A stretch of 64,000 nucleotides of DNA from Chiloscyllium plagiosum (lineage: Eukaryota). Location of the stretch: NCBI RefSeq assembly GCF_004010195.1, contig NC_057719.1:82103224-82167223 (forward strand), in the 5' to 3' direction. Below the pieces are notes generated by a model. That model was not told the DNA's origin. It saw only the letters and a list, made by a program, of their open reading frames with translations, and searched no databases. The position numbers and the translations under genes are program-made. Shown here piece by piece: positions 25,816 to 38,478 of the stretch (the first letter of the stretch is position 1; the number at the start of each line of letters is the position of its first letter).

Positions 25816-26751
25816 GGGATAGTTGGGGGATTAACCATTCAATCAAGTAATGTAAGAACGAAAATGAAAACATGGCCGGCCAAATGCTTGAGTGTAAGGA
25901 TGAATACTGCGTTCTCTCTGTTGTGCCTATATCTGTGAATGACCAAAAAAGGGTTGGTTACTGTCGGTGGATTACTGTATTACCACACAGTTTGGGCCTC
26001 CTTGAGGTTAACCATTGATTTTTTTATGACTGCATTGCAGTGTAGCCAGATTCAACCTGGAAAATATGCCCAATTGATTCTTTGCATAAGCCCAACCCAA
26101 AATTAGTAGCAGTAATTTGCATTTTATAACCCCAACATTATAATTCTGTGTATGTTAAGCACTAATAAGCAAATCCTCAGCAAAGTTACACCGTTCAGTA
26201 AAATTCTATGTTCTAAAATACAGGGGGCGGGGGGGGGGGGAGACGCAGTAAGTGAGCTGTATTATTGGTGTGGGCAACAGTGATTCTTTTATGGTTAATC
26301 TGTAGATATTTGATTTAAATTTAAAATCTAAAATTACATTTTATAATTGCTTCAGGTTTTTCTTTTCTTACAAAGTTGTACAGCATGTGTTCAGAAACCA
26401 ACTTTCACCAGTATAATTTGATGTGAACACAGGGTCAATGCCTCAGTTTTGGGTAAACCTCCAGTGTGTTCATCAGCATGTGAAAAACAACCATCCTTTT
26501 CGCACCGCCAACCCAGTTTCAACTATTCACACTTCCCCTTGAGCACCCAATCAGTGCTTACTTGAGTCCCAACTTACTGTCAACAATCCTTTTGTCTGAT
26601 TCCGTTCTCTCTCTCTCTCTCTCCCTCTCACTCCATCAGTCTCAGGGCACCATTTCCAACTATTCAACTCAATCCTTCTCTGCTTCCCACTGCAACCCCT
26701 AAACCCAACTATCAACAGAATAAATACCACCATTTCCCAGCTGCTTTAAAT

Positions 26752-26890
26752 TCTGAGGAATGGCCGCTGAGAGTTGAAACGTTGACTCTATTTCTCTCTC
26801 CACAGATGTTGCCTGACCTGCTGAGTTTCTCCAGCATTTTCTGTTTTTGTTTCAGATCACCTACATCTGTAGTCCTTTGTTTCATTTTAT
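26752..26890 (+). mobile_element. Degenerate PLE-type terminal fragment with decayed hammerhead core
   Basis: 'ctgagga...gaaacgtt' followed by 'cacagatgttgcctgacctgctgagtttctccagc', parallel to the other PLE families. Confidence 0.6.
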
Positions 26891-27206
26891 TTTTTTTTTG
26901 TCTTCTTCGTGTTTCAGATGCTTTTTATAATTACTTATCAAAGTGTTGAGGAAGGTGTCTTTAAAAATATCTGGTAGATTTGTACCCTCCTCATTCACAG
27001 GTGAGTTTCCCACCATTTATCCACCTGCTCCCACCCTTGCTGGGATTTTGCAGGCAGCTGATATGGCCTAGGATGGCCAACCCTCACTTGCCCTAGTTGA
27101 AATCCCATTGGCCACTTGTTGCACTGTTCGCTACTCTGTGGCCAATAGGAGAAGGTCAGAGATGCCGGGCTAGCCGCCTACTTTGTAGCCTCCTTTTTGT
27201 AATAAA

Positions 27207-27500
27207 GTCATACAGCATGGAAACAGATCCTTTGGTCCAACTCATCCATACCAAGTCTCCCAAAATAATCTAGTCCCATTTGCCAGCATTTAGCCCATAT
27301 CCCTTCCTATTCTCATACCCATCCAGTTGCCTTTTAAATGTTGTAAATGCACCAGCTTCCACCACTTCCTCTGGAGCTCATTCCATACACGCACCCCTCT
27401 CCTTGTGGAAAATGTTGCCCCTTAGGTCCCTTTTAAATCTTCCTCCTCTCACCTTAAACCTATACCCTCTAGTTTTGCTCTCCCCCAGCCTGGGAAAAAA
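27207..27500 (-). mobile_element. CR1 3' fragment
   Basis: Homologous to 13607-13920. Confidence 0.85.
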
Positions 27501-28290
27501 GATTGTGGGATCGAAACACTCTCATCACTTCCCCTTTATGCCCTCTTACATAACTCACCACTTGCCTCCCCAGGCCCCAACCCTCCCAACGCACCCAGTC
27601 CTGGCCCCACACAGGGCACAACTTCATCCAGTACTTTTCTGTGTCCAGCTCCTGACTCCTCCTTATCTGTTTGCCCTGGTGACCACTCCCAATGGCATTG
27701 GTAGGAACAGGGACCAACTGGCCAATATAATGGCTTGCAGCTACGAGAGGCAGACCTTACCCCAGGTAGGGTGAGGAAGGGTGTGATGCTAGGGGTGGAA
27801 ACCCATCTCCAGCTAAATCATGGGTCCTCAGATGGCCATCCATATAGTGCAGTGGTGACATTCCTGACAAATATTTAGGTATGGTAGCAGAAATTCCTGT
27901 GACCACTCAAATGTTGCCTGTAGTTTATTTTTTAATGCCCCTGAGAATATGCTCCTGACTTGGCTCCCTTCAGTTACACTTGAATTCTGGGAGACTCTGG
28001 GGTACTTGTGGAGATCCGCAATCAGATTCCAGTCTGACAAAGGCCATATGAAGGGGTTTAGGAAATAAGGGGACTCTTCATGATTAGAGATACCAGCCAA
28101 CAACAGATGAGCCAAGAGAGGGAACGCTAGAGATTTTGTGACTTTCATTTCTTTCTCTTTAATTTTAAAGCAAGAAGTAAATGGAAAGCACAATTCCCTC
28201 GAAAACGTCCCCATCAAACAGTACAAAACGTGCTCTGTAAAATGTGATAGCAATTTTAAAAATCAGTTATCAATTTGAATTATTGTAACT

Positions 28291-28518
28291 AGGAGAAAGT
28301 GACAACTGCAGACACTGGAGATCAGAGTGAAGAGTATGGTACTCGAAAAGCACAGCCGGTCAGGCAGCGTCCGAGGAGCAGGAGAATCGTTGTTTCAGGC
28401 ATAAGCCCTTCATCAGAAAGCCCTCCTGATGAAGGGCTTATGCCTGAAACGTCAATTCTGCTGCTCCTCGGATGCTGCCTGACCGGCTGTGCTTTTCCAG
28501 CACCACACTCTTTGACTC
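28291..28518. mobile_element. Palindromic (head-to-head) PLE-derived insert with two hammerhead cores in opposite orientation
   Basis: ~95-bp inverted arms centred near 28421; plus-strand core at 28426-28453; perfect 15-bp TSD tgaattattgtaact at 28276-28290 and 28519-28533. Confidence 0.9.
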
Positions 28519-28597
28519 TGAATTATTGTAACTTCAGGCCAGTGGAGTTAAATGTTACCTCTGTCTACTGGTTGTAAAACGCCATTTGAAATCAGTT

Positions 28598-29155
28598 CAA
28601 CAACAACTTGCATTTGCACGACACTTTTTACTTGTAAGCAAACTCAAAACAGCAGTCAGTCGGTGAAAGAAAATTGATACTGAGCTCAAGAAAGAGATAA
28701 TGGGATGGGTGGACAAAAATCTTCATTAAAAATGTAAATATTAAGGAGTGTTTAAATTGAGGAGATGGATGGGAAAGGATGGAGAGGTATACGGAGGGAA
28801 TTCCACACCTAGACTGCTTACAGCATGTTCATCAAAGGTGAGGCAAAGGAATTGGGAAAGGAAAGGCAAGCTGGGATTAGACAAATACAGAGGGTTACAG
28901 GGACAGAGCGGGGGGGTTACAGAGATAGGGAGAGGTGAGACCATGGAGTATTTAAACACAAGGCAGAACATTTAAAATTGAAAAGTTGTTGAATGGGAAC
29001 TGTGCAAGTCAGCAAGCACAAGGACTCAATGGGAGTCAAAGTATAAAGTTTTGGGTGAACTATAGTTTGTAGAGAATGAAAGGGCTGGCCAAGAGACCAT
29101 TAGCATAGTTAGGACTCTGTAGGTAACAAAAGCATGGGTGAGACTTTCATCTCAG
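28598..29155 (-). mobile_element. L2 LINE 3' fragment
   Basis: Minus strand 'LTHAFVT...NYANGLLASP' (cf. L2 LIHAFVTSRLDYCNALL); L2-type tail. Confidence 0.75.
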
Positions 29156-31340
29156 TTGTATAAATTAAGGTCAGGTAGAGGGTAAGTGGTCTCCTCCAAG
29201 ATATACCAAATGCCTCACTAATGGCTGCTGTTTGGCTAATTTATTTGTAAAGTGACAGGCAGACACGGATATACGAAAGAGGAAAGTGAATTGGACCTGT
29301 GGAAACAGGCCTCATTGGCATCACTCCAGCTTTGCAATAAGCCATAGAAACTGCTAGACATAGCCTCACCACAGACTGACACCACTCCAGCTTGTTCATC
29401 AGAGAAAGAAAGGAACTGAAGAAAAATAAATGAGACCTTCAGAGGCAGACTTTATGGCACTGTTCCAGAATCCTTCTTAGAGAGAGAGAGAAAGAGAAAA
29501 TGAGGCCTGCAATGACAGGCCTCACTATGGGGTTAGCTGGCCTTCCCTTGATAGATTTCAGCATGTTTTGCATAAGAATAAATGGGAACGATGGTTTAAA
29601 TGAATGCTTCAATGCAAATGGACTAAAACCATTGGAGAAGGCCTTTTAAATGCACTGTAAGCCATTGATCTGTAATGACATTTAGGTTATCATGTGGGTC
29701 CTAATCAGCCAGCAAAATAGTTTGATGACTTCTCTTTATGCACAATATAAACTGCAGGCCATTTCTGACGTATCCCTTTTTTTGTCCCAACATTTAGATA
29801 TTTCAAAGTGGATTATATGCAACTTCGGCAGTCTTTCAGTTTCTCCTTCTTTCAACATCTCCCTCAGCCACAGTAGTTTTGATTATTTGACAATTCAGAA
29901 TTCAAAATGGCAGACTGCGTCATATTGGCAGCATCATTGTGGCAGGAGAGAAAGTGAGGACTTCTTCACTTGGCTGGTGAATTACAGAAAGTAACAGCAA
30001 AAGGGACATGCAGATGATTCAGTTCAACAATTTTACTTTCTCTAATTGAAATGTGAAGCCTCAGCCTGCACACTGAACCTTTTTAAATTCTCTTGTTGTA
30101 GCAATTGTTAATTTTCCTTGAAAGGAATTGGTAATGGACTCTGCATCAATACAGTATGTGACTTTTTGTGTACCGGAATTTTTCCTAATTTCCAATCAAA
30201 TTCTTCCTATTTGTGATTAGCTTAGTTTCAAGCTCGTAAACTAATGGAATCAACCTCTCACATGACCCTGCTAGGATCCTTGACTACTTTGAAGTCCTCT
30301 ACAGATCGTATATTCTGTCTGGCTCTGTATTTACACAAAGTTCAATTCCTAGCAGGCAATAAGATTTTGCTTTTTATCTATTTAGGTACATAGGCTGTTA
30401 ATCGTACTTGAAAGTAAGAGAATTATTTGGAATTTTACATTAAATGGAATATGCGGCACAGTGACTGTGCATTTGACTCAACAAGATCCATACAAGGAAT
30501 TACACTCTAGCCCAGAGCCCTCCCAGCCTTCCTCATGTAATACATATACACGGCTAAATCTTGCATTCTTTTGACTAACTGTGAGTTGCATCAAGTTTTC
30601 AGTAGCAGTTTTCCAATGAAGACAAATGAGTTTTTTTGCTGAATCTTACCAAACGCCCCACACCTATGGAAACTCTCTTATCCAATTCTAGTCCCATCTT
30701 ACTACACGTCATTGCTGGAACAACTTGGCACTGCTGAGATATTCTGGAATTTTCCCCAATGCCCATGAATGTGCACCCAAATGAGCCCTGAAAGCCTGGA
30801 GTTGCCCTGCTTGCTTGCCGACATTTACCTCCAGCAGGGGAATTTGGTGCCCTGGTATGTGGACAGGGAATGGAGCTCCTGTTGGAGAGGTGTGGGTAGG
30901 GGTGGGGGGGGAGGTGGTGGAGGGTGGGGTTTTGGTGATGCATAGATGAAACTTTCTCCACCCTGGTACCAGAAGCGGAGACCATGACACCAGGCCATGC
31001 CAGCCTTATCCAAGGTTGCCACCAAGGTTAGAGCTACCATTCTCATTTATTGTTTGCAACATCGCCCCTCACTTATGTCGCCCACTGCAAACTCAACAGC
31101 ATTTAACCTTTGTGCTGCCTATTCAGTCACTTGGGATACCCCCCCCCCCCCCCCACCCCTTCACCAGCACTCAACTGTGCCACCTAATTTCACAGATATT
31201 AATAAATGCCTGTCTAATCCCAGGAAGAAAACAGCCCTCAAGAGGGCAGAATGAGGTGATGTCCTGCCCAACATTCAGTTCCTGACCCTTTACATGGAGA
31301 GGATCCTGATTGTGACCAGCTCAGACTGTCTGATTAACCT

Positions 31341-31475
31341 AGGTAAAAACAATGACTGCAGATGCTGGAAACCAGAGTTTAGATTAGAGTGGTGCTGGAA
31401 AAGCACAGCAGTTCAGGCAACATCCGAGGAGCAGGAAAATCGACGTTTAGAGCAAAAGCCCTTCGTCAGGAATTT
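31341..31475 (-). mobile_element. Short PLE-derived insert with hammerhead core
   Basis: Minus strand CTGACGA-A-GGGC-TTTT-GCTC-TAAACGTC (decayed); 12/14 TSD at 31327-31340 and 31476-31489. Confidence 0.82.
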
Positions 31476-31640
31476 TGTCTGACTGACCTTGTCCAAGCAC
31501 CAGGACTGGTATCAGAGGCTGTCCTTGGCTTTAGTGCGCTGGGACTCCCTGAACCAAGCCTGTCTTGACTCATGAATGCTGACATCTATGACAAAAGTCT
31601 TGGCTTTGCGCTGAAGGACAAGGCAAGACTGATGTAATAT

Positions 31641-31724
31641 GAGTCGAAAAGTGTGGCGCTGGAAAAATGACAGCCGGTCAGGCGGCCTCCGAGGAGCAGG
31701 AGAATCAACGTTTCAGGCATAAGC
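31641..31724 (-). mobile_element. PLE-derived fragment
   Basis: 'gtgtggcgctggaaaa...ccgaggagcaggagaatcaacgtttcaggcataagc'. Confidence 0.75.
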
Positions 31725-32277
31725 AGCCAGCTATCTCCGTCTGAGGGTCAATGCACAAAAAAGACAAGGCAAGGCGATCTCAGAGTGAGTGAGGAGCCTG
31801 GAATCCAGCCTGGACTAATCTATGAGCTGGGTGTGTGTGTCCCTGAGCACACAGTGTCCTTGCTGCAGCATCACCATGAGAGTTACAATGAGGTGCAGCA
31901 CTGAAGTGTCCTAGAAGCGGGTTGGAAATGTGCCGCGAGGATTCTGAGGATATTGGTTAAGGGTAGTGCCTGAGAGTGACCCTAAGTTTAACTCAGAAAG
32001 TTGACACTTACGACAGTGCAGCCCCTCACTGTACTGGAGCCTTAAGTTCTGGGACGTGATCTGATCTTCTGACTCCGATGTGAGAGTCTAAGCCTCAACT
32101 AAAATCCCGACACAACCAAAATTTGAGTCAGCAGTCATAGTAACTCACTAAATCAAGCCAGTTATTGATGTTTTAAATAATTCATGTTCTCTTCCTCCAG
32201 CTTTTCCTGCTTTCAGACACTTCTATCCAAGATTTGCTTTTCCTTCTGCCTCTGACTCGCGCTCTCTCTCTCCGCGC

Positions 32278-32600
32278 CAACAACAAATTACATTTGTACA
32301 GCACCTTTAATGTGGTCAAGTGGCTGCAATCTGACGCCAAGTTACTTAACGATGATGGAGGAATGGGTGGCAAAAGGAACTCGCGCAAAAAAAGATATGC
32401 TTTAAGGATGGTCTTAAGGAGGAGAGAGATGGGAAGCAGAGAGGCTTAGGGAAGGAGGTCGAGGCAACAAGATAGGCTGCTATTGGCAGAGAGAGGAGAG
32501 GGCAAAATCCGCAAGAACTCAGTGACCGAACATGTACAGTCACAGGAGTCTACAGAGAAAGGGAGGGTAAACACCAGAATGAGAATTTTAAGACGGATGT
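32278..32600 (-). mobile_element. L2 LINE 3' fragment
   Basis: 'caacaaattacatttgtacagcacctttaatgtgg' tail; similar to 28598-29000. Confidence 0.6.
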
Positions 32601-34499
32601 GATCCGAAGTATTAGTCTGGGCCTTCAGAATGATGTTCTTTCTACGCCAGTGCCTCACCCAATTGCACGCAGAGTGGTAGCGGGCAGCGATATTAATTGA
32701 TCAAAGAGCCGTCACAAATGTATTTCTTGTGGTTGTTTTAAAGTATCCACTTCTTCTACACGTTTGTTTTGTTCAATTTTAAACCGTTGAAATGATTGAG
32801 AGTCTGGAAACTCTGTACTCCAAGGGTTAACTGCTCTCTCGTTCAGCGCTGGCTATGATTTCACTGGAATATTTCCTCCTCTCGTACTTCGGGGGAATTC
32901 CTGGATTGTACCTCGGTGTCTTCACGCAAATGTTTCATGACTGTAACATTATGGAGCTGGTTTTGAGGGGTAGTCCGAGGTAAATTAATGGGAGTTTTGT
33001 ACAAAAGGGCATTTCCTGAGCAGGGAGGTTTGAGGGACTGTGCGCCCGTCCTTATTTTTGAACCAACGCTTTGATTCACTATTTAGCTCTGGATAAAAAA
33101 TTTTTTGTCTTCCTTTGATGCCATTTCTTGAGGTTTCCCCATCACATTTTAAGAGTTGGAATTTTTCGAAGGTCAAATGAAGCAGAGGCGAAATATCTTG
33201 GTGACGTGAACACAGTTTACTTTGGAGAAATTGAGTGCATTCAGTAGGTTTTATGTGGCTCGAACTAAGTTAGTCAGTCAGAGCTGGATTTGAGGCTTTT
33301 GTTTGAGGTGACTGATAGGAGCTCAAAGACCCATTCTGTTGTTTGTTTTACACTCATAAAAGTGACGTTTTAAAAACACAAATGGGTTCCTTGTTTTATG
33401 CCGAGAGAGATAAACTCTGTGTGTGCGAGCTGCATTGGGATGGGGTTGGGGTAGCTATATCCCCTGGGAAATTTCAGCGTGTTTGTCAGTACATATTAAT
33501 GAAGTCAACTTATTATCATTACATCTGGGTCTGCTGTCAATGGGGTCACAGCAGGCGTAATGGGGAGCCTCAAAATGTTATTTTCGCATCAGTGAAGGGC
33601 CAATCGAAATATGGATTTTGGAAGAGTTTGAGTTAAGAGCAATACTGGATTAGGAATGCAGAATTTGCGGAACACGGAGAGAGCCCGAAGTGATCTTACG
33701 TTGATTTTTTCAGTTCAGAACTGGAGAGCAGCAGCTCCTGCAAATCGCTGACCTAATGTCTTCTTTCAATGGTGATGGAACGATCCGGCTAATGACACAT
33801 TACCGTTCTCACCTTCCTCCTTCAGTTCTTCCACCTACTCCTCAGAATTACTGCAGACATTCTGTGCTCTCTGGGTTTTGTAATTCCTACAAATCCAGAC
33901 CTGAGTGTTCTGCAGCACAGTATAGGGCGCAACACATAATGGCCACTCTAGCTGATGCACACAGAACAACACTTTCTATCTATCTAGGCATCTTCAGTGT
34001 GCCTCTGGCTTGTACATTTATCTGGTGGTTATTGCCATTTGCTGGGAAACTCTTGAGCTTCATTTGTCAGCATTCGATGGGTGATGTTAGCCAAGTTTGA
34101 AGTGGGTATCCCTCATCCTGTCGCAACCGCCCTTATGTCAAAGAATGTGTGGGCAAGGCTTTCATTGGCACCCTCCACCAGCTGACGCTATGAATTTGGT
34201 GGGTCCACTTTCCCAGCCTAGACTCACGGCACAATTTGGTGAGCACATCTCCGATACATCTCGAGCAAGAAACACCCATGTCTTTGACAGGCAGAGGACT
34301 GTCAGAAACCGAACACCAGCTCAGCTCCAGGCAGAAGGAAAGTCCCTTCCTCAGCAATAAATGACTTAATCAAACACGGAGACAGGGACAGGAACATCAG
34401 ACCTTCATCCACAGAAACTTGTTGTCACTCCCCCGATGTCTGCATCCCCCCCCACTTTGTGCTAGTTGTGAAAGGCACATAATGTCACAATAATGGGGG

Positions 34500-35560
34500 A
34501 CCTCTTTCTGGGTGATACTTGAAAGCACCACTTGAGTAGTACAGGTATCAAAACACCATCTTCAGGAGGCCTATAGTTTGTCCCAGCATGGCCCTGGAAG
34601 TGTGAGTAGCATTGTGTCTCCATTCTGTATCAGTTGTAGGTTTTTGTTTAGGCATTATGACTTACATTTGGAGGGATGTATCTTTGTTTCCCAGCTCGCA
34701 TTCCTTTATGAGGCTGCGGACCTCAGGCAGGAGCTTATAGGTTTTCACTATGTGCACATCAGGACAAGCTCCTGGGATATCTGGTGCAGAATCAATGGTC
34801 ACATACAATTTGAAGATTCGGGGAGTGAAAGCCTTGTCTATTGACTAACTCCTCAGGTTTTGAGGGAGGGTGCTTGCAAAACAACGCGGATGCAGTTAGT
34901 AGGCTTTACATTTGGGGAAGCTAGGAGTAATGGAGAATCCCACTATCCAATCCGCTTGAGTCTTCTCATCATGGGGGTATGATGTGAAGAGCTTTGCTGT
35001 GACGAAAATGTTAGTGACATCCCGAATGTACTTATGGGTCAAGGATTGGGAGATAATGCACAGCTACTCCTTGAAGTGATCTATTTCTATAAAAATTTGG
35101 AGAAGCTTATCTTGACAGCCACCGGGAGGGTTTACCATCCAGTCCTTCTGAGCATGTTCTCTTTTCACAAATGAAGCCATTCAGAAAGGATAGGGTGGGA
35201 CATCCTTAATCAATACCTGCACTGCCTTTCAGATAGTTGAGAAAAATGACAATGTGACCTGTAAATCTGGGATCTCATTGTTCTTTCTTGGTAAATGCTC
35301 ACCTGATACTTCTCCCTGTCCCTGTGAAGGTTGCTGTGTTTGCTGAGCTTGCTGACAAAGTTATGATTGCTGTCTCCTTTGACATTGTCTTTAGAAACAA
35401 AGACTCCAGTGACAGGGTTGTCCATCTGAGATCCATGAGTAAATAATCTGCGGGGACTGTCACAATGGAAACACAATTATATTGAAGGAACTCCTGAAAC
35501 CTCGCATCCGTCACAATGAAGCTTCATGTTATGCCCACATACAATGTGGCAAGGGGCTTC
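34500..35560 (+). mobile_element. Possible decayed Tx1/L1 ORF2 (RT to C-terminal zinc finger)
   Basis: Frameshifted 'SGA-RIN', 'LKIRGV' and 'PCPCEGC' (cf. Tx1 SGAKVN, LKVLG, CPRxGC). Confidence 0.4.
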
Positions 35561-36896
35561 TCAAAGAGGTGAATGTCCTACCACCATAAGGAGCTCTGAG
35601 ATATCTGACCTTATCCTGGTGTATGTTGCACAACCAAAGTTTCCATACTATAGCGGGAGTAGAATTATGCCAGTGAGTCATGGTGGTAATATCACACCCT
35701 AGTACACCATCACAATAATCCCAGCAAAGAAAAGACACCTTACTGCATTATACACCCTTTTTAGTGTCTTTGCAGTGTCTAATCTAGCAGCTGTGATGCT
35801 ATATGCAGAGCTGAGTCTACGTGGGATGATGTTTGGAGGGCTGGTGCAGACTTGATGAGCTGAATGGCCTATTTCTGCACTATAGGGATTCTATGATTCA
35901 AACTTCAGATTCTGTTTCTGGTGCCCTGTTTTCATTATGATTTGACAAAAGCTGAAATGGTATGTAAGTTGGTCCGAGAACAGGTACAATGAGTTAGAGA
36001 GGCTGGTAGTTTGCCAATGAAGGGTCGGGAGGATTGTTTCCATGGAGCACAACAAAACATTGTTCTGAAGAAGCTGTTGGATGGTGTCCAGGATGAGCTG
36101 CAGTTGCCAGGTACCTGCTCAGATTTACCTGTCAGGAATTTTCAACTTTTAGTTTCTCAGTGGAGGATATAAATAGGATGACTGAAGATTTTGATGAGCT
36201 GCAAATGCATGGAAATACGGTAGTTACTGCTCAATGGCGAGATTTTGAATTCGCCATTTAATACTTGATTGGAAAGTATTTCTTGACATCGAGTATCTGA
36301 CTTTGTTTATTGTCACTCTATTTCTCGCCATTTTACAAGCTGCAAGGGAAAATTCTACCCTTAAAATGTATGATGCTCAAATAATTGTTTTACCATAAAC
36401 TAAATTAGGAATTGTTCACTATTAATATTTGATGGTAGTCTGCCTACTGCATCATTGATTCGAATGACCGTTCAAAAACCAGCAGTGGTAATGCATTGCC
36501 TTTGTCCTGTAAGTGTGTCACAGTGCAGCTGCACATTGTGTAACTGTGAGTTCTGTACCAGCATCACAGTTTGTAACATTGAATTGTATCGTCAGTGTGT
36601 CTCAGTTCATTTACACACGATGTAACCAATACAGTTCTTCTTATCAGAGTCCCAGACAGTTGCTACTCTTTGATATTCGCAATTACTCATGATTAGCTCG
36701 ACACTTTCCAGAGTTTTCAGGCTGTGATGAAAAATGCCTTGACAAGTTCACAATGTACTTAAGATTTTTAAGCATTTATCGTGGATACTTAACTGTTATT
36801 GTGTCATAATTAAATGTGGTTAGTTCAATGTTACATCACAGATCATTTTAATTGTTTTCTTCTTGCTCAGTTTAATGGAACCCCTTGCATTTATTC

Positions 36897-37248
36897 AATC
36901 ATAGAATCCCTATGGTGTGGAAGCAGGCCTTTCGGCCGATCGGGTCCACACCTACCTCAAAGAGCATACCCCACTCAGGGCCAACTCCCTACTCTATCCC
37001 TGTAACCCTGCATTTCCCATTGCTAATCCATCTGACCTGCACACCCCTGGATATAATAGGTAATTTAGCATGACCAATTCACCTAACTTGCACATCTCTG
37101 TGGGAGGAAATTGGAGCACCCAGAGGAAACCCACACAGACTTGGGGAGAATGTGTGAACTCCAACAGACAGTCACCCGAGGGTGGAATCAAACCCAGGTC
37201 CCTGGTGCTGTGGGGCAGCAGTACTAACTGGTAAGCCACTGTGCTGCC
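36897..37248 (-). mobile_element. HE1-like V-SINE
   Basis: 'gagcacccagaggaaacccacacagac..ggggagaatgtgtgaactcca' (V-domain reversed). Confidence 0.88.
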
Positions 37249-37789
37249 TTGCTTCCTTGACTAGTGCTTACCTTTCCATACATGAAGATCCCAATGGCAA
37301 TCTAAAGGCCCCATTGCACAAGAGAATGGCAAATACTTTTAAATAATTATGGAACAGAAGGATCCATACATATGGATCTGTTTGATCTCTAACAACTGTG
37401 GAGAATTGGATCTTTTCTCTCCCATCCAACTGAATGATTGAAATAAAGTATTGATCACTGGGGGATTGGTGATTTCCTTCAAAGTACATGCTCTTTTACA
37501 ATATAAAAGTATTAAAAGCTGCTTGGACCAGTTATATTTATTCTGGTCTTTTGTCAAGCAAAATGTCTTTTGCATTGTTTATTTCCCCAGTGCTGGGACG
37601 ATATTGGACTCTGTGGAATTGGCTTCTCTAAATTAGTGGAAGAAAATTGAAATGTGACTCCAGAATATCCAGATTTTGTTTTTGGTTTCAGGAAATTGTT
37701 CAAAGTAATAGTTTAAGCATAGCTAAAGTACAGTCAAATACATTACTTGATCTGATGAAGGAGAAATGAGATGAATTCCACAGGGAGGA

Positions 37790-38478
37790 GAGAATGATTG
37801 CCTTTGGCATCAAGTCAACATTTGACCAAGTATGCCTTCAAGGACCTCTAGTGAAACTGGAGTCAATGGGAATCAGGGGAAATGTTCTCTGCTGTTTGGA
37901 GTCATATCTAGCACAAAGGTAGATGGTTGTGATGGTTGAAGGTCATTCATCTCAGTCCTGGTCCATCACTGCAGGAGGTCTGCAGCAGTGTGGCCCAGGC
38001 TCAACCATTCCAAGCTGCTTTAGCAATGACCATTGTAAGGTCAGAAGTGCTGGTGTACACTGGATTGCACAATGTTCACCATTTGCAACTCATCAGATAC
38101 TGAAGCAGTCCCTGTCTAAATACAGCAGTACCTAGAAAACATCCAGTCTAGGACCAATAAGTGGAAAGCAATTTTTGAACTACACAAGTGCCAGGCAATG
38201 ACCACCTCAAACAAGAAGAAATCTAATCAGCGAACCTGACATTTAATGGCATTACCATCGCTGAATCACCCGCTAACAACATTCTGGAGTATACTATTGA
38301 CAGAAAGTGAGGACTGCAGATAGTGGAGAGTCAGGGTCAAAACATGTGGCACTGGAAAAGCGCAGCAAGTTAGGCAGCATCTGAGGAGCAGGAGAGTCAA
38401 TGTTTCGGGCATAAGCCCTTCTTCGGGAACATACACTATTGACCAGAAATCAAATTGGACAAGCCATATAAAGATGTG
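37790..38478 (+). mobile_element. Second-family LINE RT fragment with nested PLE insert
   Basis: Decayed 'ALDIKxxFDxVW...KLESMGI..L.WLESYL..R.MVV' RT motifs. Confidence 0.75.
38302..38434 (-). mobile_element. Short PLE-derived insert
   Basis: Homologous to 48732-48852; 9-bp TSD actattgac at 38293-38301 and 38435-38443. Confidence 0.8.

Noticed and set aside
32856..33079. Short ORFs on both strands as possible coding exons
   Set aside because: No recognisable homology and no convincing acceptor-donor pair
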